Of a DNA stretch of 64,000 bases, positions 11,912-22,179 are shown piece by piece. The position numbers were made by a program, and so were the translations under genes. Source of the stretch: an uncultured Gammaproteobacteria bacterium. GTDB taxonomy: Bacteria; Pseudomonadota; Gammaproteobacteria; SZUA-229. Under the pieces are notes generated by a model, which had not been told where the DNA came from, made no database searches, and worked only from the letters and a program-made list of their open reading frames with translations. The stretch covers positions 13,181 to 77,180 of the forward strand of contig CBFCZV010000006.1 in NCBI GenBank assembly GCA_965602855.1, read 5' to 3'. Positions within the stretch are counted from its first letter, which is position 1. Every line of letters starts with the position of its first letter.

Positions 11912-12748
11912 ATGCAAAATTTTTTAACATCTATATCCACCCTGCTGCTAACGCTATCAGCGTTTACCATTCACGCAGAAACAATTCGCTACAATATTGA
12001 GATCGTCATTTTTGAAGACAGCTCCAACCGCTACCTAAATAGCGAGCAATGGCCTGTTATTCATCAGGCAGAAATTGAGTTAACTTCAGATATACTGCCG
12101 CTTGGATTGGAAGGGCTTCCAGAAGATGATCCGGTCATCGATGGATATGGTATGGGAATTAAGCCTAAAAAAGCTAAATACCCGGAAATCAACGGCGTCA
12201 TCGATATTACTCATAATGCGAGCAATGCTCTCACTGAACACGTCACCAAACTTGATCGCTCATCCAGATACAGCGTCCTGCTTCATCAGTCCTGGCAACA
12301 GACAGGTCTTAATGATAATGATGCTGTTAATTTCATTGTCGATACCAATGAAACTGAAAATAAAGATCTAGAAGTATTTTCCACAAACCACAAACCAAAA
12401 AAAATAGGTACGAAACTTAAATCAAGCCTACAGGGAAGCATCAAACTAGTTCTAGGCAGGTACCTGCATATCCATACCGACTTACACTATAAACGAGTTA
12501 ATAAGTTGTACAGGCCAAACTCACCTGCTCTGCATAATAAGAAATTTGAAGAATTCAACATAAAATCCCAACGCAAAATGCGCAGCAATGAATTACATTA
12601 TATTGACCACCCACTGCTGGGGATTTTGGTTATAGTCATCCCAATCAAGTCACCAGAACCGGTAGAAGAAAATAAAGAACCAGATGAACTTAAAACAGTT
12701 CCAGCAATAAACCCAGCCCCAAGTACGACTTCTCAAAAGAAGCTTTAA
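11912..12748 (+). CDS. csiV: CsiV-family peptidoglycan-binding protein
   Basis: Signal peptide, YNIEIVIF, LLHQSWQQ, GRYLHI and SQRKMRSNELHYIDHPLLGILV; usual position downstream of mfd. Confidence 0.8.
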   Translation: MQNFLTSISTLLLTLSAFTIHAETIRYNIEIVIFEDSSNRYLNSEQWPVIHQAEIELTSDILPLGLEGLPEDDPVIDGYGMGIKPKKAKYPEINGVIDITHNASNALTEHVTKLDRSSRYSVLLHQSWQQTGLNDNDAVNFIVDTNETENKDLEVFSTNHKPKKIGTKLKSSLQGSIKLVLGRYLHIHTDLHYKRVNKLYRPNSPALHNKKFEEFNIKSQRKMRSNELHYIDHPLLGILVIVIPIKSPEPVEENKEPDELKTVPAINPAPSTTSQKKL

Positions 12749-12899
12749 CGAATCCTTAAGGTTCCTTATGGGCTATTTTTCTCTTTGATTAGGCCCATAC
12801 TGTCTTCTCAAAGCATCACCAAACCGCACCACTGCTCTACGATTCTCACATTTGAGACATCGACGAAATAAAATACTGCTTGAAGTGTTTGATCACTCC

Positions 12900-14675
12900 T
12901 CAATCTAATCTTGTTTTATCCCAGATATCCCTATAAGCCTTTTCAAGTTGCGCAGTAAATGTTTCAGCATCCGTCAGGGGTGATGCTTGCATTTCAGTTC
13001 TTAGTTTCTGACGTATACCCTGGAGAGCCCCACAATCAGATGCCAGCTTCCTGGCAATTAATACATATTCATCAACTGTCTCTGCAATCCATTCCTGCCG
13101 CCCCAAATGTGTCAGTAAACTGGTACCAACTCGGGCACGGTGACTACTCCCAGCCAGTGTCACTACAGGCACACCCATCCATAATGCCTCGCAGGTAGTT
13201 GTTGTGCCATTATAAGGAAAAGGATCCAGGCCGATATCTACCTGTCCGTAACGCTCAAAGTGAGCAAGTTTCTCCGGGTCACTGCCAAGCAAGATGAGGC
13301 GATCTTTATGAATGCCAAATTCTGAAAAGGCATTGTGCACTCTCTCCTGCATCCCTCTATCACCAAATGCTGCATTTTTTAGAAGCAATCTGGAGCTCGG
13401 TATTTCTGTGAGAAGTCTTGACCATAGCTTGATAACGAAAGGATTTGTCTTGGAAAAATTATTAAATGAACCAAATGTTATTACGCCACTATTTACACAC
13501 GGTGAATCGACAACATCCGGACATTGTTGAGGTGGTTGGTAGACAGAAAAATTATCCGACAAGCGATAAAGTTTCTCCGTGTATAGCTCATCCGTGCCGA
13601 CAGGATCTGAGATAATATCAGTCAATCGATAATCCATGTGACTTAGTCCTGTAGTATTGGGATATCCAATCCATGCAATTTGTACCGGCGCTGGCTTACG
13701 TGCAAACACCTGAATTCGGCTGTTAGCCGTATAACCAGACAGGTCAATCAAAATATCGATCTCATCGTCACGTATCAGTTGCTCAAGATCCTGATCATCG
13801 AGTGCACTGACATTTCGCCAATTATCGCAATGACCTTTTAGCCTTTTTGTATATTCATCATTAATTGAATTTGCATAGTACGCAAAAATCTCAAATTTCG
13901 AGTGATCATGATTTTCAAGTACGGGATCTACATAATATGCGACTGAATGTGTGTAGAAATCAGAAGAAACATATCCAATGCGTAGGCGCTCGTTATTATG
14001 TCGAGCCACAACGGCATGTTCTGGCCGTGATAGAAAATTGCGTTCAATTGATTCACCAAACTGCCGGTGTTCATCTACAATGTCAGCGTTGGTGTAATTT
14101 GATGAAAAATTTAGCATGAACAACAAATTCATTCGAGCTAATTTGAGCTCCGGCTTTAATGCCAAGGCCATTCTGTAATCAGCAATAGCTTCCTCAATCA
14201 GACCCTGCATGCCCAGAGCATTGGCTCTATTTATATACGCTTCAGCACATTTAGGGTCAATTTCAATCGCCCTGCTTATACACTCGATTCCATCATTAAT
14301 CCTGCACTGTGACTTTCTAATATTTCCAAGCTGGTTATACAAATCTGCCTGATCTGGTTTAAATGAAATTGCCCTTTCCAGTGCTTCTGCTGCCTCATTG
14401 TAACGGCCGGTACGCATGAAGACATTACACAAGAACTGTAATGCGGGGATATTATTCGGTTCTGCCTTAAGCACAAACTGGCATAATTCATATGCCTTAT
14501 TATAGTGGCCAGACTGGAGAAGCTGTACCGCTCTGCTCATTGCAGTGGCCTTGTCCGACTGGCTTACCGTAGCGTTGCCATTAATGTCTTTGCCACAGCA
14601 TTTTTTATATTTCTTACCGCTATTACAGGGGCACTGCGCATTACGGCCAATTTTTTTTGTGGATGCATGTTCCAT
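12900..14675 (-). CDS. SEC-C motif + TPR + GT41 (SPINDLY/OGT-family) protein glycosyltransferase
   Basis: N-terminal GRNAQCPCNSGKKYKKCC (SEC-C), TPRs, then IGYVSSDFYTHSV, PAPVQIAWIGYPNTTG, FGSFNN and PYNGTTTTCEALWMGVPVVTL. Confidence 0.92.
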   Translation of the reverse strand: MEHASTKKIGRNAQCPCNSGKKYKKCCGKDINGNATVSQSDKATAMSRAVQLLQSGHYNKAYELCQFVLKAEPNNIPALQFLCNVFMRTGRYNEAAEALERAISFKPDQADLYNQLGNIRKSQCRINDGIECISRAIEIDPKCAEAYINRANALGMQGLIEEAIADYRMALALKPELKLARMNLLFMLNFSSNYTNADIVDEHRQFGESIERNFLSRPEHAVVARHNNERLRIGYVSSDFYTHSVAYYVDPVLENHDHSKFEIFAYYANSINDEYTKRLKGHCDNWRNVSALDDQDLEQLIRDDEIDILIDLSGYTANSRIQVFARKPAPVQIAWIGYPNTTGLSHMDYRLTDIISDPVGTDELYTEKLYRLSDNFSVYQPPQQCPDVVDSPCVNSGVITFGSFNNFSKTNPFVIKLWSRLLTEIPSSRLLLKNAAFGDRGMQERVHNAFSEFGIHKDRLILLGSDPEKLAHFERYGQVDIGLDPFPYNGTTTTCEALWMGVPVVTLAGSSHRARVGTSLLTHLGRQEWIAETVDEYVLIARKLASDCGALQGIRQKLRTEMQASPLTDAETFTAQLEKAYRDIWDKTRLD

Positions 14676-14723
14676 AACAATGTAAATATTAAACTATAAA
14701 TTGAATCGACCTAAATATAAAGC

Positions 14724-16484
14724 TTACAAAATAGGCTTAAGAATATCTTTGACTTCTCCCAAATGTTTTTCATAGTTTTTCCATCTCGCTAGAGAATTTT
14801 TATATATGGGCTTATTAACCTGGTTGAAACTGACTGTAGCAACTCTTCTTTTTGACTTATAAAACTCAAGACATTCGTCAACGTAGTCCAACCCGCAGAA
14901 CTCAAGAAGATTAACAACATTTGACTCAAAATCAGAAACAACATCCTCATATTCAATATCATATATATCTATATTTAAAACGTCTTTCCAGTGCTCCATT
15001 AATCTATTGTATTCAAGATACATCTTTGCAGTATCCGTCAAATTATTTGAGTAAAGGTGACGACCGCCAAAATTTTGGAAGTATATCGAGAGAACGATAT
15101 CGCGCGGATCTCTTTTGCAATGCACGATTTTTGCAGTAGGAAACATTTTAGAAATCAGGCCAAGATGCAAATAATTACCAGGCATTTTATCAGTAAAAAA
15201 TTTATCTCCGTCTAATAATTTCTCTACCTTTGCAAGATACTCATTAGCTCTTTCTTTTATATCAGATTCACAAAAGTTTTTAATAAAATCCAGACCACCT
15301 GAATTAGCCACAGTTAAGCCTGTTATTTCTTTGACAATTTCTGGTATGTATGGCAATTCACCACAAGCATGGATTCTAGGGTGTTGTGACAAAACTTGCT
15401 CGACTAAAGTCGTTCCTGATCTTGGCATTCCAACAATAAATATTGGATTGACATCAATAGCATCATTTACAGACATATTAGCAACATGATCACGACTATA
15501 TATCTCGGCAAGTTTATTAACTCGTTCCACATGCGATGTATGATCAAATTTCATATAAGCCGTATTATTAGCTAATCGATATCGTTCAAAAGCAAGATCA
15601 TAGTCACCGTTTTTGTCATAAACCCTTCCAAGACAAAAACCAAGAAATCTCTTATCTGAAGGAGCTGTACTTGCTTTCTGTAACATGTTTTCAGATAACC
15701 TAATTACTTCATTTACATCCCCATACTGATCATATAGACCAGAATAAATATCAAGATCCAGCGCCGAATACGTACCAGAGTCTATAAGCTTACGCAATAT
15801 TGAATAAGCACCAGCTTTGTCTCCAGTCATAGATAGCAGTCCTGCTTTGTTGCTCAATGCCATCTGATGATTTGGTGATATTTCTAATGCTTGATCAATA
15901 TAATAAAATGCACGATAAAAATCATCTACACCCTGATAGTAAGTAGCCAATCGAACCATACTATCGACAAGTTTTGGGTTATATTTCAGCGATTGCTTAT
16001 AATGCTGAATAAGCATAGCGTCATTCCCAATAGCCTGATAACAACTAGCTACATAGTAATGTGCCTGTGCATTTCCTGGCATCAGTTCCAAAGAGCGAAT
16101 AAAATGTTGGACTGCAAGATTGTATCTTTCAATAACGTGCAAAACAAAACCACAATTATACTGCACTGTCGCATCTGCTTCATTTAGTTGTATTGCTTTC
16201 TGAGACGCTTCTAGAGATTTTTCTGAAAAGCCTAAAACAATATAAGCCACGCTTAAGTTAGAAAATGCCTGTGCATTATCAGGGTCGAGCTGAATAGCTG
16301 ATTGACAGCAGTTTACACACTCCCCATACATTCCCGATGAAATACACATTGATGCTAAACTCATCCACACCTCAGCATCACGCTTACCTTTTAATTGCTT
16401 TTTTAGAAGTTTATATGCCACTTTTAATTGCCCTTTTCGAACAAGCGTAACAACCTTCTTTTGTATCTTTGTATTTCTCTTCAT
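14724..16484 (-). CDS. TPR-containing sulfotransferase (last of array)
   Basis: TPRs plus PIFIVGMPRSGTTL (5'-PAPS loop), DKMP and RDPRD. Start ATG 16484 (MKRNTK) chosen by comparison with paralog starts. Confidence 0.92.
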   Translation of the reverse strand: MKRNTKIQKKVVTLVRKGQLKVAYKLLKKQLKGKRDAEVWMSLASMCISSGMYGECVNCCQSAIQLDPDNAQAFSNLSVAYIVLGFSEKSLEASQKAIQLNEADATVQYNCGFVLHVIERYNLAVQHFIRSLELMPGNAQAHYYVASCYQAIGNDAMLIQHYKQSLKYNPKLVDSMVRLATYYQGVDDFYRAFYYIDQALEISPNHQMALSNKAGLLSMTGDKAGAYSILRKLIDSGTYSALDLDIYSGLYDQYGDVNEVIRLSENMLQKASTAPSDKRFLGFCLGRVYDKNGDYDLAFERYRLANNTAYMKFDHTSHVERVNKLAEIYSRDHVANMSVNDAIDVNPIFIVGMPRSGTTLVEQVLSQHPRIHACGELPYIPEIVKEITGLTVANSGGLDFIKNFCESDIKERANEYLAKVEKLLDGDKFFTDKMPGNYLHLGLISKMFPTAKIVHCKRDPRDIVLSIYFQNFGGRHLYSNNLTDTAKMYLEYNRLMEHWKDVLNIDIYDIEYEDVVSDFESNVVNLLEFCGLDYVDECLEFYKSKRRVATVSFNQVNKPIYKNSLARWKNYEKHLGEVKDILKPIL

Positions 16485-16491
16485 CACACTT

Positions 16492-16772
16492 CTACAATAC
16501 GTAATCAAACTTGGCTAAAATTGAAACGACCATACCCTTGTACTCTCCATAATTTTCCATTTTTCAATAGAACCACGGCAGAAGGGTTACATCAGAACCA
16601 AGCATAGCTCATCGCCTTCTTATAGTATCCCATTGGTGCAGCTGAGCTGCATAGCTTATTGTGACAATTATGTCCGACTGGCTTACCACAGCGTTATCAT
16701 TAATATATTTTTTACCACTATTACAGGAGTATGGCTCATTATGTCCAATTTTTTATTTCCAGAGACATTCAT
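16492..16772 (-). pseudogene. Collapsed relic: SEC-C 5' end joined to a sulfotransferase-like 3' end
   Basis: 16610-16772 aligns by eye with the 5' end of the GT41 gene (about 14490-14675), with a frameshift and a ~7-codon deletion. 16492-16575 reads SIEKWK/NYGEYKGMVVSILAKFDYVL* across a 1-nt frameshift. Confidence 0.7.
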
Positions 16773-16824
16773 AACAGATACGAAAATTTATAACTATTCA
16801 CAATACAATAAGACGGTTCACAAG

Positions 16825-18582
16825 TTATAAAATTGGAGCAAGTATAGTCTCAATAGAAGATAGATGTTCAGTATAGTGCTTCCATCTCGCAACTGATTGC
16901 TTATATATAGGTTTATTAATCTGGTCATTACTAGCTGTGGCTACACTCCTTTTTGATTTATAAAACTCAAGACAGCTTGCTTCCCATTCCAGGTCACAAT
17001 AATGCAAAATTTCGCGAGCATTCGTCTCAAATTCTTCAACAATGTCTTCATAAACAACATCATGCATTGTAAATTCTTGACTGACGAAGCACTTCATTAA
17101 ACGATCATAATCCATGTATATACGTGCCGTGTCATCTAGATCGCATGAATAGGGGTGTCGTGCCCCAAAACTCTGAAAATATATCGAAAGACATGTGTCA
17201 CGTGGATCTCTTTTACAGTGTAATATCTTAGCGCCTGGGAATAGTTTCTGAATTAATCCTAAGTACACATAATTGGTAGGCATTTTATCAGTGACAATTT
17301 TCGCTCCATGAGATAGCTCATTAACTTTGCTGAGATATTGATGCGCTAATTGCTTCAGTTCATCAGGTCCTGCACTCTCCATATAACTTACCCAGTCATT
17401 ATTAAAACCATTTTTATTAGAAGCGTCCATCATCACATCATTAAGATAAGAAAGCTCTCCCGCTGCAAAAACTGAAGAGTGGCTAGACAGCATCTGTTCA
17501 ACAAGGCTTGTTCCAGAGCGAGGCATGCCTACAATGAATATAAGATTCGTGGTTTTATCAGAAGTTAATTTATTTACTAAACTATCCTTATTTGTAGAAA
17601 AGTTGATAATTTTATCTGTGTATTCAATATGAGATTTGACATCATACTTGCCGTGAAATAATTTATTAGCAGCATGATATTTTTCAAATGCAAGATCGTA
17701 TTTAGTGATTTTATCATACACTCTTCCCAATGCATGACCGAGCAATCTTTTATCAGCGTTTGATGCATTAAAACGACTTAAATAGTTTTCAGCTAATCTT
17801 ACAAATTCTGACTCAGATCCATATGAAGAGCACAAGGACGCATAAGAATTCAGCGTAAAAGCAGATTCCTTTTGTAAGTCTATTATACGACGTAATATTT
17901 CATACGCTTCCTTTTTCTTACCAGTCATAATCAGAATATTCACCTTATAATCTAACAACACAGGTAAATCTGGAGATATAGCAAGAGCACGATCATAATA
18001 TCCCTCAGCAAGAGAAAAATCTCCAATTCCAAGATAATAGGTGCCTAATCCAACAATACTATCAAGCATAGCAGAGTTATGTTCTAGTGATTTTTTAAAA
18101 TAGATTACAGCCTTTTTGATATCACCTGTTGCCTGATAACAACTACCCGCCATAGCTAAAGCAAGAGCGTTATCCGGTACTAACTCAAGAGACGATAAAA
18201 AATGTGGGAGCGCAGTATCGTATTGTTCTACAACCCGAAACACAAAACCACTATTGAATTCAACTATTGGATCCTTATCAGCCAATTCAATAGCTCTATG
18301 AGTAGCTGCAATAGCATTGTTTCTGTCCCCCATTTCAACATAGGCTTTACCTAAATATGAGTATGCCTGCGCATACTTGGGATTACATTGAATAGCATGC
18401 TGACAACACTCCAGACAATACTTACTCAATCCATTAGAACCACAGAGTGCACCTAATTTGACCCATAATTCTTCCTCAGTTATTTTTTTTGAGGTTTTCT
18501 TTAATAATTTATACGCATCAAGCACTTGTCCACGTTTTACAAATAAGATAATTTTGTTTAAAATTTTTTCTTTTTTCTTCAT
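16825..18582 (-). CDS. TPR-containing sulfotransferase
   Basis: TPRs, IFIVGMPRSGTSLVEQ, DKMP, RDPRD and ARWKHY. Confidence 0.92.
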   Translation of the reverse strand: MKKKEKILNKIILFVKRGQVLDAYKLLKKTSKKITEEELWVKLGALCGSNGLSKYCLECCQHAIQCNPKYAQAYSYLGKAYVEMGDRNNAIAATHRAIELADKDPIVEFNSGFVFRVVEQYDTALPHFLSSLELVPDNALALAMAGSCYQATGDIKKAVIYFKKSLEHNSAMLDSIVGLGTYYLGIGDFSLAEGYYDRALAISPDLPVLLDYKVNILIMTGKKKEAYEILRRIIDLQKESAFTLNSYASLCSSYGSESEFVRLAENYLSRFNASNADKRLLGHALGRVYDKITKYDLAFEKYHAANKLFHGKYDVKSHIEYTDKIINFSTNKDSLVNKLTSDKTTNLIFIVGMPRSGTSLVEQMLSSHSSVFAAGELSYLNDVMMDASNKNGFNNDWVSYMESAGPDELKQLAHQYLSKVNELSHGAKIVTDKMPTNYVYLGLIQKLFPGAKILHCKRDPRDTCLSIYFQSFGARHPYSCDLDDTARIYMDYDRLMKCFVSQEFTMHDVVYEDIVEEFETNAREILHYCDLEWEASCLEFYKSKRSVATASNDQINKPIYKQSVARWKHYTEHLSSIETILAPIL

Positions 18583-18612
18583 ATCAGTATAGTTTTAATA
18601 TCAGGGCATTAA

Positions 18613-20373
18613 TTATAGAATTGGTTTAAGTGCTTTATTAAGATCACCAATATACATATCATAATTCTTCCATCTCGCAAGAGATTTTTTATATATAGGC
18701 TTGTTTACCTGATCAAAGCTTGCTGTAGCAACTTTTCTTTTTGATTCGTAAAAATTGAGACATCCATCTTGCCATTCGAGCTCACAGTATTCCAAGATGC
18801 CTCTAGCTCGGTACTCCAAATCAATAACAAGATCCTCATAGTGAACCTCGTACACCTGTATATTCAAAACATTAGTCCAGTGACGCATGAGGCGGTCATA
18901 CTCTAGATAAACGCTTGCAATATCTTTCAAACTGCTGGAATATGGTTGCATTACACCAAAGTTTTGAAAATATATCGAAAGGCACGTATCACGGGGGTCC
19001 CTTCTGCAATGCAATATCTTTGCATCCGGAAACATCTGGGATATCAAGCCCAGATAAGTATAATTGGAGGGCATTTTATCCGTCACTCTTTCTGCTTCAT
19101 TGGATAATGCATTAATTCTATTAATATACTCATGTGCTAGTCCAGAAATACCTGCTTCATCGAGGTTCTTAACAAATTCCATATCTCTCTGCTCAGTAGT
19201 ATCAACACCTGATTGATGCATTATAATGTCACTAATGTACGGCAATTCACCACCGGCATAGACCTTGGTATGCTGCGACAAAATCTGCTCGGTAAGACTA
19301 GTACCTGATCTGGGCATACCAACAATAAAGATTGGCTTTTTTATACCATCAGTAGCTCGGGGTGAATTAACATAGAATTTCTTTGAAAACACATCAATAA
19401 CTTTACTTGTGTATTCAATATGAGACTGAATATTAAATTTGCCATAAAATAATTTATTTGCAATATCATATTGCCCCATGGCCAGATCATAATTAGCCGT
19501 ACTGTCATAGATCTTACCCAATGCATAACCTAAATTACGTTTATCGCTATCATTGATTCCCATACGTCTTAAAAACTTTTCTGAGAGATCTATGCATTCA
19601 GCTACTGACCCATATTTCGAACACAGCCCAGCATAGGTGCTTAGAGTAGAAGACGACTCCCTGTGAGAGTCAATCAAACGACGTACAATTGCATACGCCT
19701 TCTCCTTACTCCCTGTCACGGCGAGGAAATTTGCCTTTTTATCCAATAGAGGTGGTGAATCAGGTATTACGGCAAGTGCTCGGTCAAAATAATCTTCAGC
19801 GCAAACAAAGTCACCAACACTTTGGTAGTGACTACCCAAACGAATCATACTATCTACAAGTGCTGGGTTTAATTTCAGAGATATTTCAAAGTGTCTAACA
19901 AGCTTGTTTGTATCCCCAATTGCCTGATAGCAACTCCCAGTCATTGCATGCCCCATAGCATTATCTGGCTCCAGGTCTAATGAAAGCAAAAAATGTTTTA
20001 GTGCAACATCAAACCTCTCAATCATGTGAAACACATAGCCACAGTGAAACTGAATTAAGGCATCATCATCTTTTAGCTGAATTGCTCTACGTGTTGCATC
20101 CAGAGCTTTTTGTGCATCACCTGTTGTAATATATACTTTCCCTAAATACGAATATGCCAGTGCATATTCTGGATCTATCTGGATAGCTCGCTGACAACAG
20201 TTTAGACACTCATTATTCATGCCTGAGGATCCACACAGCGATGCGAGTTTCACCCAGACTTCAGCATCCTTGTTTGATTTAAATTGCTTTCTAAGCAACT
20301 TGAATGCCATATTTAATTGCCCCTGACGCACAAGAGCGATAATTTTACTAAGTTTCTTTGATTTTTTTTTCAT
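18613..20373 (-). CDS. TPR-containing sulfotransferase
   Basis: TPRs, PIFIVGMPRSGTSL, DKMP, RDPRD and ARWKNY. Confidence 0.92.
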   Translation of the reverse strand: MKKKSKKLSKIIALVRQGQLNMAFKLLRKQFKSNKDAEVWVKLASLCGSSGMNNECLNCCQRAIQIDPEYALAYSYLGKVYITTGDAQKALDATRRAIQLKDDDALIQFHCGYVFHMIERFDVALKHFLLSLDLEPDNAMGHAMTGSCYQAIGDTNKLVRHFEISLKLNPALVDSMIRLGSHYQSVGDFVCAEDYFDRALAVIPDSPPLLDKKANFLAVTGSKEKAYAIVRRLIDSHRESSSTLSTYAGLCSKYGSVAECIDLSEKFLRRMGINDSDKRNLGYALGKIYDSTANYDLAMGQYDIANKLFYGKFNIQSHIEYTSKVIDVFSKKFYVNSPRATDGIKKPIFIVGMPRSGTSLTEQILSQHTKVYAGGELPYISDIIMHQSGVDTTEQRDMEFVKNLDEAGISGLAHEYINRINALSNEAERVTDKMPSNYTYLGLISQMFPDAKILHCRRDPRDTCLSIYFQNFGVMQPYSSSLKDIASVYLEYDRLMRHWTNVLNIQVYEVHYEDLVIDLEYRARGILEYCELEWQDGCLNFYESKRKVATASFDQVNKPIYKKSLARWKNYDMYIGDLNKALKPIL

Positions 20374-20400
20374 GTCTTTATCATGATGTCATGCAATTGA

Positions 20401-22167
20401 TCACAGGATGGGTTTAAGTATTTTATTGAGTTCGCCAATATACCTGTCATAATTCTTCCATCTTGCGACAGACTTATTATATATGGGCTTATCGACCTGA
20501 CAGAAGCTTGCAGTTGCGACAGTTCTTTTTGCCTTGTAAAAATCAAGACAAGCGTCCTCCCATGTTAGACCGCAATACTCTAAAACGTCCCTAACAGTCT
20601 CCTCGAAATTATTAACCATTTCCTCATATTGTATGTCATGAATTTTCAAGTTTAATTTGCTTTTCCAATGAAGCATTAGTCGTTCATACTCCAGATACAC
20701 CTGGGCTATATTACTTAAATCATTTGAAAATGGTTGAAATGCAGCAAAATCCTGAAAATATATAGACAAACAGGTATCGCGTGGATCTCTTTTACAGTGC
20801 AGAAAAATCGCATTTGGAAACATCTGTTTAATCAAACCTAGATGAAGATAATTTGACGGCATTTTATCAGTACTTGTTAGCAAGCCATCTGAATGCGGCA
20901 TGACCCTATTAATGTATTCATCCGCATACTTATTTATGCAGGCATTATCGCAATTCCCAATATTTTTAATATTGATATTTTTTGAAGGCTCTGTATTTGA
21001 TATTTTTTTTACAATATCAGATATATATGATAGCTCACCAGCTGCATAGACCTCAGAATGCATCGATAGTATTTGTTCTACCAAGCTTGTTCCAGAGCGC
21101 GGCATACCAACAATAAAGATAGGAGATCTGTTGTTTGAGCTTTTTTTGCATATGGAATAATAATCAATATTATAAAAATCAATAATACTTTGTGTATATT
21201 TAATGTTCGACTCTATATTAAATTTTATATAATTTGCCTGATTCGCTGACTTAAAGCTTGAAAACGCCTTATCAAAGCACCCTATTTCGTCATACATCAT
21301 ACCAAGTGCAAAACTCACAGAACTTATATTTCTCGTGGATAGTTGAGCACTTCGTAAATACATTTCAGCCACTTTAATAGCTTCATTAATATCACCGTAT
21401 TCATCAAACAATCCTGAATAGGCATCAATAATCGTAGATGTTACACGGCTAGAATCAATGGCCTGCCTGACAATTTCATAAGCCTTTTCCTTTTCACCCA
21501 TTCTTACCAACAAACTTGCTTTAGCACCTAATGCAGATTTTGAATCAGGAGATGCCATAATTGTACGATCAAAATAATCAATAGCATGCTCATAATCTCC
21601 AAGATTCTGATAATGAAATCCTAAACCGACTAGCGTATCAATATTTTGTGGATCAGAAGCCAGGGATTCAAAATAATGAAATTCCGTCAGATCAAAACGC
21701 CCCATTAACTGATAACAACTCGCAATCATATAATGTATATTTGACGGTGAATCTGTACCTTCTAATAACCGATGAAAGACAGCTACTGCCTTTTCGTACA
21801 GACCAAGTTGTCGTAGCAAAAATCCATAATTATACTGAACAGTATAATTGTGAGGCTCAAGACTTGCCGCCTTGCTGGAGAAAGAAAGCGCTTTCTGTTT
21901 GTTACCAACTGCCTCATATGCACGCCCCATATATGAATAAGCCAGTGCACAATTCTCATTAGCTATAATTGCATTTTGAGAACATTGCTTATATTCATTC
22001 AACATTCCTGCGGAACTGCAGATATCAGCCAGCAACAACCAGCACATATCTGCTGTAGCTTTTTTTGCATTTTTTTTAACTACCTTGTGAGCAAGATTGA
22101 GCTTTCCCTGACGAATTAACGCTATAGCCTTATTGTTAGTTTTTTTATCTTGCTTATGCATCTTCAT
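20401..22167 (-). CDS. TPR-containing sulfotransferase
   Basis: TPRs, PIFIVGMPRSGTSLVEQ, DKMP, RDPRD and ARWKNY. Confidence 0.92.
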   Translation of the reverse strand: MKMHKQDKKTNNKAIALIRQGKLNLAHKVVKKNAKKATADMCWLLLADICSSAGMLNEYKQCSQNAIIANENCALAYSYMGRAYEAVGNKQKALSFSSKAASLEPHNYTVQYNYGFLLRQLGLYEKAVAVFHRLLEGTDSPSNIHYMIASCYQLMGRFDLTEFHYFESLASDPQNIDTLVGLGFHYQNLGDYEHAIDYFDRTIMASPDSKSALGAKASLLVRMGEKEKAYEIVRQAIDSSRVTSTIIDAYSGLFDEYGDINEAIKVAEMYLRSAQLSTRNISSVSFALGMMYDEIGCFDKAFSSFKSANQANYIKFNIESNIKYTQSIIDFYNIDYYSICKKSSNNRSPIFIVGMPRSGTSLVEQILSMHSEVYAAGELSYISDIVKKISNTEPSKNINIKNIGNCDNACINKYADEYINRVMPHSDGLLTSTDKMPSNYLHLGLIKQMFPNAIFLHCKRDPRDTCLSIYFQDFAAFQPFSNDLSNIAQVYLEYERLMLHWKSKLNLKIHDIQYEEMVNNFEETVRDVLEYCGLTWEDACLDFYKAKRTVATASFCQVDKPIYNKSVARWKNYDRYIGELNKILKPIL

Positions 22168-22179
22168 GTCTTTAACAAA

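Noticed and set aside
16633-16830. 65-aa plus-strand ORF
   Set aside because: Antisense to the SEC-C pseudogene relic; no independent support.
20362-20370. A9 tract right after the start codon, and A8 tracts in neighbouring genes, as phase-variation sites
   Set aside because: Explained by Lys codons in AT-rich genes; all frames are intact and there is no evidence of slippage.
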